A stretch of 64,000 nt of DNA from Octopus sinensis (taxonomy: Eukaryota). Positions 1 through 12,892 of this stretch are shown here, in pieces (the first letter of the stretch is position 1; each line of letters opens with the position of its first letter). The DNA lies in assembly GCF_006345805.1 (NCBI RefSeq), contig NC_043013.1, forward strand, positions 36,766,001 through 36,830,000, in the 5' to 3' direction. The notes below the pieces were generated by a model that saw only the letters and a program-made list of their open reading frames with translations, was not told where the DNA came from and made no database searches. The position numbers and the translations under genes were made by a program.

Positions 1-120
1 TGTCTATATACACACTTGTGCTTTATCTAATGATATCAACTTGTTTATTTAAATGTATTCATAAGCATTGTTATCATATGTTTATGAATTTACTTCCTTG
101 TAATTTCCAGCAACTATGAT

Positions 121-205
121 CATTGTTTTTTATACATATTGTTTTTTATACATATTGTTTTTAATACATATTGTTTTTAATACATATTGCTTTTTCATAC
201 ATATT
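121..205 (+). repeat. 16-bp minisatellite, about 5 copies (CATATTGTTTTTWATA)
   Basis: Unit starts at 135, 151, 167, 183 and 200, plus a partial unit at 121. Confidence 0.9.
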
Positions 206-240
206 AAACGAAAGAAAACTCTGTCATAATTTTTGCTTAT

Positions 241-270
241 AATTTCTTTTTCTCTTTTTCTCTTTTGCAG
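241..270 (+). promoter_or_regulatory. 3' splice acceptor of the ZFHX exon (exon starts at 271)
   Basis: Long pyrimidine tract aatttctttttctctttttctcttttgCAG ending at 270, followed by an abrupt shift to higher-GC exonic sequence. Confidence 0.85.
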
Positions 271-343
271 TTGGAAAAATGCATGGCTCATAGCAATGGG
301 ACCAGTGAGTTACGAGGCTGAAGGATGGACATTCCAGGCCTGA
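271..343 (+). promoter_or_regulatory. 5'UTR segment with three upstream ORFs (279-293, 283-321, 296-343)
   Basis: ATG279-CAT-GGC-TCA-TAG. ATG283...TGA321 is in frame with the CDS. ATG296...TGA343 is out of frame and overlaps the main ATG at 325. Confidence 0.7.
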
Positions 344-3300
344 GCTCCGAAAGTCTGGAGGATCGTCATCCCCAGCCAACCATGACCCTTCCTATGACAA
401 CATTGTGTAGCTCCAACAACGATGACACTCTTCCAGCCCCGGCACAGCAACAGCAACAGCCTCAACAACAACAGCAAACACAGCATTGTTTCAGCAGCTC
501 GGCAAAGATGGCTGATTCAATCGACCCATTTGGTTTGAATATCAGCAAGTCAGAACATTCATTCAGTCCAGTGTTGTCTGGCTCCACGACAAATGGTGTG
601 TCCAGTCTGAGCACACTATCCGTGAATGCTTCCAAGGATGTTCGGGATGCACAATTTGTTCCAATTAATCATGCGTCTTCCATTAACGACGCCGAAGAAT
701 CAAGCATCGAAAGGTCGTCAGACCATGACGACGAGCCTGTGGAGTGTGGAGAATGCAACAAAGAGTTCTTGACTTTGCAGGAATACATGGAGCACCCGTG
801 TGCCCGGTCTGAATCAGGTAGTCGGGTTGGTCGTGAGGAGAATCAAGGTTCAATTAGCGATAATGAATTGAGTGATGGGGAGAGTTTTGATGGCAGGATT
901 GTGTATAATCCTGATGGCTCTGCCTACATAATTGAGGGCGCTGATTCGGACCAGAGTGATATAGACTCCATTGTGGATGTACCACAGCAAGAGGGTAGTA
1001 TAATTGTGAAAAAGGGCAAAGTTGAGGACAGCAAGGCTTCCGTTTATCCGCAGATAGCAAATGCTTTCTTTGTTCCTAGGAACACAGCTTCTTTTTTCAA
1101 TAATTTCTACATGGTGTCTGCTCAGAAATACATGCCCGATGCGCCGATCATGCATAGCTATCGTGTTTATGATGTTCGCTCAGCCAAGAAAGATTTGCTG
1201 AACGAGGGTAAGAGTGGAGACGACTGTTCAGAAAGTAATGAGAAATCTGCCATCCGATGTGAGGATAGCATATCTACCTCAAATGCTGGGGCAGCTACTG
1301 TCCCTACAAAACCAATTCTCATGTGCTTTATATGTAAACTTTCATTTGGTTATACAAAGTCTTTCATTGCCCACGCCATCGGAGAGCATTCAATGGATCT
1401 GAATGAGGAAGAAAAAGCAATAATGTCTCGGAAAAATGCGTCGGCGATTATTCAAGGAGTAGGTAAACACAAAAAGCCCCTTATGTCATTCCTTGAACCC
1501 AATCCAACTCCTGTCCCAGAAACTACAGTGTTATCCAACCCTAGGCATTTAACAAATTCTCATCCAACGTCAACTGTTTGTAGTACATCGGTTGATAAGG
1601 ATAGTTCTACATCTGTCATTTATAGCCACGGACGTCCAAATACGTCTGAAAAACTCACATCATCTAGACATTTTCACCCACAGAACTGTTCTATACCTTC
1701 ACAAGACTTAACTTCTCATATAACACATGGCCTGTCAGCGAACAGCGAGGCCGCAATCACTAGCGCAGCAGCCACGACTTTGTCATCGACGCAGCTTCAA
1801 CTGGCCACGTCAGTTGGTTGCCAGTTGACACCAGCTGCTGTGGAAACGACTACAACTGCTGCAGTCACCCCCGAAATCTCTAACCCCCATAATGAGGCCT
1901 CTATAGGAGACTCAAAAGTCCCTTCATCATCATCACCATCATCATCATCACACTTAGAGTTGGAGAGAGCGACTGTCAGTGATTCGGTCCCTCTCCCTTA
2001 CTCTGAGAGCAATCACATTGAAAGAACAAACTCTCACACTTTCCTTACCTCCCCCATTCAAGGAATTCCTGGATTCTTGGGGTCCTGCGATGAGCATCCG
2101 CAAGGTCGGGCTCATGGGGTTGAATGCCCTAAATGTGATATGATCCTCAGCTCCTCTCAGTCGCTAGGTGGTCACATGACCATGATGCATTCGCGTAACT
2201 CTTGCAAAACTTTAAAATGTCCCAAGTGTAACTGGCACTACAAATATCAGGAAACTCTGGAGATTCACATGAAAGAGAAACACCCCGAGAATGATGCACA
2301 GTGTATTTACTGTGTGACCAATCAGCCACATCCCCGGTTAGCGCGTGGCGAGACGTATGCCTGTGGCTATAAGCCTTATCGTTGCGAAGTCTGCAACTAT
2401 TCCACAACCACCAAGGGTAACCTCAGCATTCACATGCAGTCGGACAAGCATCTGAACAATGTGCAGGAACTTGCTAATGGCGGTGATATTAAGCTGCAGA
2501 CTCAGAGTTTCAATCAAGAAAATGCACAACTGAAAAAAAACAAGCCAAAGCCAACTTGGAGGTGTGACGTATGCAATTATGAAACGAATGTGGCAAGGAA
2601 CTTAAGGATACACATGACCAGTGAAAAACATACACATAATATGTTGGCTCTTCAACAAAATATGAAACAAATGCAAGGGGACATGTCACTTCACATGAAC
2701 CCTGTCCTGCTACTGGGTCAACAAGACCCGGCTTTACTCAACCTTCAATCCTCCCTTTCGGCTTCTAATTCTCAGTTTTCATTTGATCAACCCTTGATTC
2801 AGCAAGGTGCAACTCGGAACTTTGAAATCCCGGTTGACCTGAGTAAGGAGAATGATCTGTCGTGCTTTTCTTATGAAAATGATGAGAAACTCGCTGAAGG
2901 TGCTATGATGCTTCATTGCTGTGTGTGCAACATATTCACATCGGACACAATAGACATGTTGTCGCATCACCTGAACATAGACCGTACAAAACAGCATGAG
3001 ACGGACGATATTATTATATCTGCAGGTATGTATATGTGTAACCTGTGTACGTATAAAACGAACCTGAAAACCAACTTTTACCTCCACCTCAAAACTGACA
3101 AGCACCTTCAGCGTCTGCAGCTTGTGAACCACATCAAAGAGGGTGGTGCCAACAATGAATGGCGCCTTAAGTACCTAACCGTCAACAATCCCGTTCTCGT
3201 GCGCTGCAATGCCTGTGAATTCTGCACGAACAGCATACACAAGCTTCAGATGCATGCAAACACGGAAGCCCATGAAACGTGCGCGCAACTCTTTCATCAC

Positions 3301-3544
3301 TTGGCATCCATAGAGATGAAGATACCAGTCGGTCGACGTGAGTTTGTATGCACTCTGTGCAATTTTAGTGCTAGATCCAAGTGTCAAATGTTTCACCATG
3401 CGAAATGCATGAAACATGCACAAAATGATAGCCTAAGACAATTACAACTTCAGGAGCAAGGGAAATGCCAACCAATGGATCTATCAGAGATTTTCATTGT
3501 CAGGGAATACATGGACGACAACGTACCCAAGATGTCAGACTCGG
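325..3544 (+). CDS. ZFHX3/4: First large coding exon of a ZFHX3/ZFHX4 (zfh2/ATBF1-like) zinc-finger homeobox transcription factor; 1073 codons + 1 nt, continuing in exons beyond the window
   Basis: The translation contains family-diagnostic blocks: GRIVYNPDGSAYIIE, HSYRVYD, KPILMCFICKLSFGY...SAIIQGVGKHKKPLMSFLEP, CPKCDMILSSSQSLGGHMTMMHSRNSCKTLKCPKCNWHYKYQETLEIHMKEKH, HPRLARGETYACGYKPYRCEVCNYSTTTKGNLSIHMQSDKHLNN, KPTWRCDVCNYETNVARNLRIHMTSEKH and EGGANNEWRLK. There are about 10-11 C2H2/C2HC/matrin-type fingers and no homeodomain yet. An in-frame TGA at 319-321 supports ATG 325 as the start. A GT donor at 3545 marks the change to AT-rich intron composition. Confidence 0.95.
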
Positions 3545-3550
3545 GTAAGC
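3542..3550 (+). promoter_or_regulatory. 5' splice donor ending the ZFHX exon (phase 1)
   Basis: CGG|GTAAGC. Codon TCG (3541-3543) plus G3544, then GT. Family similarity ends just before this point and T-rich sequence follows. Confidence 0.85.
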
Positions 3551-5153
3551 TAAAATATCTTTCATTGTTTATATCTTTCTTATTATTCCCACTTACATAC
3601 ACACAGGCCTTTACAATCTTTCTATCATTAATTTTTGGTGATTTTTGAAAAAAAATTCTCAACACCTGTCTCTTTTTCTTCATCCATCATTAGCCATTAA
3701 TATCATCCCATCACTTTTGTTCTTGAAATTTTTCTTTGTCTTTCAAATTTTTCCTTCTGTTTCATGGTGTATGTATGTATGTATGTATGTATGTATGTAT
3801 GTATGTATGTGTATGAAAAGTTTTCTGCCATTATTTCATTTTCAGCCCATTCGGAAACATCTTTTGACCAGTTTTGGAAATTACTGAATGAAGAAAAAGA
3901 GAGAAAGAGCAAAAGTGAGAAAGAAAAATAATGAGAGGGAGAGAGAGTTTGGCATTAATTACAGTGATGAATTCCTGTATCATGAGTTAAAAATTAACTG
4001 CCATTGTTTTATTAAATCATGTCTTTGGAATGAAGCAGTCGTGTAAGAATTTTTTGGTGGATTCATCTGTTATTGGAATGGTTGCTTTCAATATCAATTG
4101 TCACAGATGTCATTCGTTTTCACACGCACACACATATACAAGTTAAAATGCAAATACATGAATGAACTTAAAATGGTTGATTGAAGAATTTGTAGATCCA
4201 TGCAACCTTATCAAGTGAAAACAAATTTATCATGGAGGTATTGTTAATGTGTTGAAGTATTTTGTTTTGCATTTGTGCTTTTGTTGGTATTGAAATACCA
4301 AGATGTTACACTATGAACTTCTCACCATGTGTGTGTGTGTGTGTAATTATGTTTGTATGTATGTATGTATGTATGTATACACACAACCATTTTAATCATT
4401 ATTTTAAAACTATTGATTATCAACAGATTAGTCACAAATCATAAAAGGGTTAAACATTTTTTTTTTTTCCATAGCTACTTTGAGTTCGTTTGCTCACAGA
4501 TTGTGTACGTTGTGATTCATCTATAAGAATGTGTATCTGCAGATGTATGTGTATATGTGTGTGTGTGTTTGAGTCTCTGTATTATTAATGTGTGCGTGTA
4601 TGCGTGTATTTTGATTGATTGTATTTGACTGTGTAGTAACTGTGTGTGTATTGTATATCGTTTATCAAACAAGCTTTTTTAAGATAAGACCATTATGCCG
4701 ACGTTTGTTTTGTCTTTTCATTGGCCTTTTAACTATGTTAAAGAAACGAGCCGTCGTGCAACGAAGTCACTATTTAGTTTTGCAGGAAGTCTTTTAACGA
4801 AAAAATATAATTGTTTTGAATTCCTTAATGAACCATCTCCTTCGTCTAAACATTTTTGTTTGATCATTTTTTTTTCTCTCTATTTCATTGCTATCCGTTT
4901 CATAATTTATTTATTTTTTGTTTGTTTGTTTATTACTCTTTTCCCTGTCTACAGGGAAGACAACCCAAGCCGTTTCTCAGCCACATTATCTCCTTTTTAC
5001 CAATCTACTCGCCACCTCCCTCTCTTTTATTAGGTGCATTCTTTGTTCTTTTGCGAGAATTTGGAGCAATTATTGCTCCTGAAATAAACTGAACTGGAAA
5101 ACCTTGTTGGAGCGAACCTGCTGCGCCACACACACACACGTACACATCTCTCT

Positions 5154-5195
<42 letters not shown>

Positions 5196-5419
5196 ATCTC
5201 TCTCTCTCTTGCGCATCTCACGCATACGCTATTGTGAGTACACATTTTACAGGCATATATATATATGCATGATCTAATACAGATCTTTCCCGTCTCCTTA
5301 ATACCCAAAAACCTCGTCTGCTTCGAGTTTTATTGATCTAATGTCCCTTCTCTGAAGACCCTATAGAACAAGGTTTTATACACACAGACACCATTCACTC
5401 ACCTAATATACATCCATCC

Positions 5420-5456
<37 letters not shown>

Positions 5457-5726
5457 GAAGCACGGGTACGGCCGATTGTTGATTGAGAAGTTGGCATCTT
5501 GGTCACGAATTCCCGTCTCCAAGTGACGTTGACTTAACAGTAGACCGGGTGTATGGTGGTAACTGTAACTCAAAGGGCCTTCGTTGTCACACACTATACC
5601 ACTTTGATTAAGGGTTACAAAGTCCCTGTGCAACAAACAAACCAGCCGGTTTTCACTACCGTTCAATTTGATCAGCTGACCAGTTGATTGAACAAATGGA
5701 AAACTCCTCGTTGAAGCTGATGCAGG

Positions 5727-5798
<72 letters not shown>

Positions 5799-5807
5799 GT
5801 CTATCTA
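5727..5807. repeat. (ATCT)n microsatellite
   Basis: Direct reading. Confidence 0.95.
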
Positions 5808-6489
5808 TATTGTGTGGAATGTGTCTATATTTCGTTATAGCTATATAAATACATCACCTTGTGATGCATATCCACTCGGTGAATAAGTATTGTACTCTAG
5901 TGCGCGCGCGTACACACACACACACATACACACTACTAACGTATTATATCACTAATTGTGTATATTTAATGAATAGTAGTTTGTCACACAAGTCATACGC
6001 ATTCATACCTTCACGTAGATATACTTAAACATGACTGATATTGTAGTGGGTGTAGTAATAAAATACATACCATAGCTCAAACCATCTTAATAAAGAACGG
6101 TGCCTGAGCCAGAAAATTTTGCCAAAACTTTAATTCTAGCAGAACCAGACAGAGATTGAGGGGGAGTGTAGAAGAGAGAGAATAAGAGGCAAAGAGATAA
6201 ATAGGGTTGGTGTGTGAGAAAGAGAGAGGGGAAGGCGGAGACGTGAGAGCATAAAATGTAACTGTTACGAATTCCAGCTAAGAATTCTCCAGAAATAATG
6301 ATATTAAAGATTTCTAAATGCGGCACAAGGCCACAAGTCATACTCAAGAGTTGACGGGTTCTTCATTTTTATCAGCCCTGGGTGGAGGGGAATGGTAAAA
6401 AAGCGAACACGGCATCGCTGGAGATTTGGACTCAAAAAGAAAAAAACTAAGACGAATGATGTAGTATGGAGTCAGAAATTTTATGGAGG

Positions 6490-6531
<42 letters not shown>

Positions 6532-6849
6532 CTGTTAATAAAAATCGATCTCAGCAACTTGACTGCTTACTTATTTTCTTTCGAATCGGGAAGCATTAAG
6601 GTCAAATTCAGAAGAATTTGAAGACAAAATGAGTACTCTTTTAATTCGGTTTAACCATTTCAGTTGGGGCCTGTTAGTGCACGGACAGACAAATACATAC
6701 ATACACACACACACATATATAAATAAATATATATATATATCCCCTACTTTCTACCTCTCCTATCAAACCTTTTTTTCCCAAACAGTCGCCATGCTTGATC
6801 GCCAAATCCACGAGTTTCTCTCTCTCTCTTTATTTCCTCTTATTCCTGT

Positions 6850-6925
6850 CTGTTGAAGGGCGTAGGCACGAAACGTAAAAGACTTTCTCACTTTCCCGTG
6901 CGTCAAATTAATACACTTGTTTTCG
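6850..6925 (+). mobile_element. Penelope-like terminal remnant with degenerate minimal hammerhead motif
   Basis: CTGTTGA-A-GGGC-GTAG-GCAC-GAAAC-GTA at 6850-6877, preceded by a CT-rich tract. The downstream gcgtcaaattaataca is shared with the 19545-19606 copy. Confidence 0.55.
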
Positions 6926-6951
6926 TCTTTTGTTTTTCTGTAAATTTCAAC

Positions 6952-6986
<35 letters not shown>

Positions 6987-7350
6987 GGTGCTGGACTACT
7001 GCCCACAAGGTTAGGTAGAGCTATACATACAGCATTTATGGAGTGCAAAAGCATGCTGTACACACATACACACTTTTTCTTTTTCCCCCATATATACCTG
7101 CAACCAACCACAACATATTACCGGTAATTATTTTATCGACCTCGAAGTGCGATTTGAACTCAGAAATGTGAAAATACTTAGAAGAAGAAAAAATAAAATA
7201 CATAAACCTAATTCTGCAGCAACATATTTTCTTTTCTTTTATCTCTCTTTTTTTCAATTTTTTGGGTTTTTTTTTCTTCTTTACTTTTTCATTGGTTTTT
7301 CTTTCCTGAATACACACTCACTCATACGCACTCACATACACAAACATACG

Positions 7351-7404
<54 letters not shown>

Positions 7405-7866
7405 ACACACGCATTTTGTGGTATCTGGGATACTTAGCAAGAGTTCTTCTCCTCCTCCTCTTCCTCTCCGCTCCTCTCACGGTATCTCCAGTATTTTAGT
7501 CGTGATTTAATGAGGCTATTTCATCTCTCGTCAGTTATTATCGTAATTGTTATTGTAGTTATATCATCATCATCATCATCTTCATCATCATCATCACCCT
7601 TCACCATCGTCGTCGTTCTGCTACTATTATTATTATTATTATTATCATTATCCAGTTTCTTGGGATAACCTGTGTGTAATGTGTGTGTGTTTGTGCGTGT
7701 GTGTGTGTGTGAAAAAGTATGTAAGTAAATGGTATTTTGCGTTTATGTAAATGTGTCGGAGGAGACGGTAAATAATTGAAAAGATTTAACTATGCCTGTC
7801 TGTCTTTCAGTCTGTCTGTCTCTGCCTGTCTCTGTCTGTCTGTCTGTCTGTCTGTCTTTCAGTCTC

Positions 7867-7898
<32 letters not shown>

Positions 7899-8596
7899 GC
7901 GCGCGCGCACACACACACGCGCGCACACACACAGACATAACACACACATAAGACATAAAACTGATCTTTTGCATCAAATCTCTTTTGATCCTGTATAAAT
8001 TCTTCCTTGTCCGTTGGTTCTTCTGATAATGGTGTTGTCAGCGATAGTACTGATCCTAGTGATGATGCCAATTGGCATTGGTAGCTGTAGTGGTAGAAAA
8101 AATGATGGTGGTTGTGATGGTGGTGGTGGTGGTGGTGGTGGTGGTGTTAGTATTAGTAAGCGGCCTTAGAAGGGGATGCGTGTGTGGCATAGTGTGGCGG
8201 GTGGTGAGGCAGGAACATCAACATTTCTGCAAGTTTTTTGTGATATATTATATCGTCTCGTATATAAGGATCTGCACAGAGCGTCTGCTTACATGCCTGG
8301 GGCTTACTCTTACAACATATTGGATAGATTAGATGGATAGAAATCTACAGAGAGAAAGCTGTGTGTGCATGCCTACATACGTGTGGTTTGTGTATGTATG
8401 TATGTGTGCTAGTGTATATGTATGCTCTTTTATATGAAAGAAAGCGTTGTACTAGACAACCAATGACAAAAGAACAAAATGAAGGAAAAGAGTCCTGTGA
8501 GAGGCACCGGCACTCGAAAGAAGTGAACCGCAATGTCATGTGGTTTATATAGACGTGTGTGTGTGTGTGTGTGTCTACGTACTTACGTACGTGCAT

Positions 8597-8746
8597 ACAT
8601 CATACATACATCATACATACATACATCCATACATACATACATACATACATACATACATACCATACATACATACATACATACATCATACATACATACATAC
8701 ATACATACATACATACATACATACATACATACATACATACATACAT
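8597..8746. repeat. (ATAC)n microsatellite
   Basis: Direct reading. Confidence 0.95.
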
Positions 8747-8927
8747 GCATGCGTACATATGTAAAACCTTAAGAAAACTTCTGGCACTTTAGAGCATACG
8801 CAATGACTAGACCTGCATCTTTGTGTATGAATGTGTACACATACATGAAACGAAACATACACATCTGCACATGCACTGGCTCCACATATTACACGCATGC
8901 ACACATACACACAGCCATGCACAACTA

Positions 8928-9045
8928 CCCTGTTGATGTTGAAATTCCAATGAAAGAGTATTTGAATCTAGGTTAAAAACCGGCTCTTTCTGCATTGACA
9001 AAAAGAATCTAGAGAAAAGACTTTATAATAACAGCATATATACAT
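8928..9045. mobile_element. Interspersed repeat family E (associated with (CATA)n tracts)
   Basis: tgttgatgttgaaattccaatg...ttgaatctaggtta-aaaccg-ctctttct aligns with 51975-52085. Confidence 0.75.
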
Positions 9046-9559
9046 ATGTAAATATAGAAAGAGAAAGAAAGTGGGTGAGGTGGAGGCTTCTGCACAGTTT
9101 CCATTCGCCAAATTTCATTCGCAGTGCATTGGTCGTCCCGAGGCTGCAGTAAAAGTCGCATGCGCAAGGTGCCGCCATGTCAAGTCGATCTCGGAAACTC
9201 GTGGTTGCTAAGCAAACCGCAAAAAGTACACTGTTATGAAATCTTTTGATCTGTTGAGCAACGTAAAACAAATAATAGAGTTTATATGCCTCGTACAGAG
9301 TAAATGGTGTATGTACTACTCCTAACCTTGTGATGAGTAATCCAACATTATGTAGACAGACAGATAGATAGATGTTCTTTTATTTGTCTCATGAGAATGC
9401 AGTAATGCAAGTCGAACATACCAACCCGAGAGCTACTCTCTCAGTTTGTTTGCCCAACTCCTAAGCTACAGACACGTAAGCAGATGACGTTTGTTGAGCG
9501 GTATGAGGAGATAAACGCACATACCTGGCATACATACATACATACAGATAAATGCACAC

Positions 9560-9825
9560 AGACGCATAACGAGCTTCGACATAATTTCCAAATTTACTCA
9601 AAAAGACTTCGCTTGGCCTGGAGCTTATGGTAAAAGACTCTTGCCCAAAGTGTTTCGCAATGGGATTGAACCTGAAACCATGTGCACCACACACACACAC
9701 GACGAGCTTCAACATAGTTTCCAAATTCACTTTTAAACAATGGCATTGGTTGACCCGGGGCTCTAGTAAAAGATTGTTGACCAAGATACCGGGCTGCGAG
9801 ACGGAACTTGAAATCACATGGCAAC
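9560..9825 (-). mobile_element. Two tandem decayed family B SINE heads
   Basis: Degenerate matches to the reverse complement of the family B head (aagactcttgcccaaag...gggattgaacctgaaaccatgtg), present twice. Confidence 0.5.
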
Positions 9826-11168
9826 ATAAACACATACGTACATACATGTGCGTATGTGCACATTTGTATCTTTCTCTCTCTCTCTCTCTCTCTTCGTTTC
9901 TTTAATAAAACCCGTTGTGTAATGTTTTGCTTTAATGCGAGTGCTTGTCTGTCAAGAACAAAAAACGAAGTTGTGGTTTTGAAGTGTGAAGTGGCTTATT
10001 ACAAGTGTGCAGTTACTGTATTACCAATATATTGTTACCAACCACTGCAAATGTTATAACTGATGCTAGCAGTCTATCACAGACTATCAGACTATCTCAG
10101 ACAATCTCCCCAGTTGGTGGCAAGCTTTATTATAAGCTAAACCAATTCTCCTCCGTATTTTGTTTTTAATGTTCTTAAAAACTAAAACGAAATAAAATAA
10201 AATGAAAATATCTTCATAACTTGTTTATTTTCATAACTGCGCCTGCGCGCAAGTGCATTTGTGTATGTGGTGAAATGGTGTGTATGTGATGTGTGTGTGT
10301 GTGTGTGTGTGTGTGTGGTCTTGCGTTTTGTGAATCTGTGAGTGTTTGATGTATTTTTGTATTATTTTTTATTTTGCTTGGTGTTTATTATTATGATTTT
10401 TGTTGTGTGTTTTTTTTATTCTTTGTCTGTTTCCTAGTTACATATTTTAAGTAGTTACTGCAGTTTATGTTGTGGGGCAGGCCGGATCAAGATTTTATGT
10501 GAGCCGGTTGTCGGTTGGTTGGTTTACAAGACAGGGAAAGGCATGAAAGTCAAAACTACCTGTGTCGACCTCGCCCCCGAACAGCAATTGTAAATCAATT
10601 GTACCCAATGACAAAATCTTCATTAAAAAAAAAAGAAAAAATGCAAAAAAAAAACAAACAAACAAACAACAGCTGAATATTGTTTTACTTTTCCGAGTTT
10701 AGAAAATAAAGGCAACACATTAGGTTAATGAAGCTGGCTCTAGCTTACACGCATTCAGAGTTCAAGTGTGGAAAGCTCATAGATCTGAATTCGGTTTCTT
10801 GGCTCAAGTTAATGAAATAAGAAGTCACACACATACACATACCGGAACTTCATGAGAAATTTGGTTCGGTGAAACATGGCTGCTTTCGGACGGACCTTAG
10901 AAAGGCGGGTTCCCGAAGTTCCAATTTTTGTTTTTACTGAGGAGGTTATGATACCGGACACCTCTTTGAAATCTCCAGGTCCCCGAATCAACGATGTGCC
11001 GGCTGATTCCATTCCCCCTCTCTTTCTTTATAGGCTCCCTTTACAAGACACTGATGTTTAAATTTATAATCTTTTGGATACGAATAATGAAAGCGATTAG
11101 TAACAACACACTTTTTTCTATTTTTAATTTTTGTTTGATAATTTTGTTATTTTAAATTACAAGAGCAG

Positions 11169-11220
<52 letters not shown>

Positions 11221-11852
11221 CACACACACACACACACACACGTCTAAGTCTGAACCGCTAGCGTTGGAAAACGGATGTGAATATCAATGATGATGGTGAT
11301 GATGTTGATAGATTGAAAGATCATATCAAAATTATGTTTGTGTATATACTATTAATGTGTGTGTGTACGAGTGTGTGCGTGCGCGCGCGTGTGTTTAAGT
11401 ACATTTTCTTTTTCTTTTGTATGTGTTTATGATTAACTATTGCGAGATTTTTTCCCACCCTCCCTCCCTCCCTTCACTCCGACATGTAAGTAATATTTTT
11501 TTAATGTATGTATATATTTTTACATCTGAATCTAGTTACATATGTACGTACCTATCATGGTAATTCTCTATTTTTTTTTTTTTGTTGTTTTGTTGTTGTT
11601 GTTTTATATTTATATATTCATACACTTGAGAGTGAATGAGTGTGTATGTATGTATGTATGTATGTATGTATGTATGTATCATTCACACACACACGCGTAT
11701 ACACGTAGAACTACGCACACACACACAACATACACACATGTACGTGTGTGTGTTATTGTATGTGTTTACAATGCAAAAGTTGTCTCTTTATAAACACTTA
11801 ATTCCTAATTTACATATTTCTCTAACAAACATACCCATACACACACATAAAC

Positions 11853-11923
<71 letters not shown>

Positions 11924-12604
11924 CTTGCGTATTCTACACGTTCACACTCATTCTCCTATAATACACACATATACATCATAGCGTATGTGAGTACGTATGC
12001 TCCATATGTTTTCTATGGGAAATTTCTCAGACATATCTCGTTTTCCTTTTCTTCTCAGTTAGGTTCTTGTTTGGTTCTTTTGTTACCTTTTGTGTGGAAC
12101 CAAGACCATAAAATCTGGTGAGTTACCAACTCCAGCATCGACCTACCCCCCCCCCCTCCACACCTACCTCGTTCCACCCTTTCCGCCTCTTTCTTCTTCT
12201 TTCTGCCTATCATTCTCACTGTCTATTTCTAGCTTTCCCTTAGTCCTCCCTCTCTCTCTCTCTCTCTCTCTTTCTGCTTCTTCTCAACGCGTTTAATCAA
12301 CTCAAAGCACACGCATACACATACATACCTGTACATTACACATTCATATGCTCCTTATACACATGCGTAGATGTGCAATGCAGACACTTTGTACACAATA
12401 CAGCATATACACACACACGTTGTATGAATTAATGCTTACATATGGTCTGAATACATCCATAAATGAGAACTCAAATATGCAGACATCTTCACACATACCA
12501 GTACAAACACGGTCACTCTCACTCCATAGTTGGACACGTACATAAATTGCTGATAAATACATACGCACACATTACATACATATTTGATATGTTTATGCGT
12601 AAAC

Positions 12605-12645
<41 letters not shown>

Positions 12646-12658
12646 GCACATCCACACA

Positions 12659-12702
<44 letters not shown>

Positions 12703-12853
12703 GCACGCACACAATTATCTGTTTCTTTCTTCGTTTCTTGTCTGCTTTAATTTGCTTTGTTCGGCTTTCTCACCTGTTGTGCTATCTTTGTTTCATTTTA
12801 ATTACATTTATTGCCTCTGTTCTTTCTCATTTATGTATTAGCTATTATTATTA

Positions 12854-12892
<39 letters not shown>

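Noticed and set aside
3545-3648. Hydrophobic 34-aa tail of the 1107-aa ORF (possible membrane-anchored isoform)
   Set aside because: It begins exactly at a GT donor and is T-rich intron read-through with no family similarity; it would need intron-retention evidence.
10876-11061. Non-repetitive 61-aa ORF
   Set aside because: No recognisable motif and no flanking splice-site pair.
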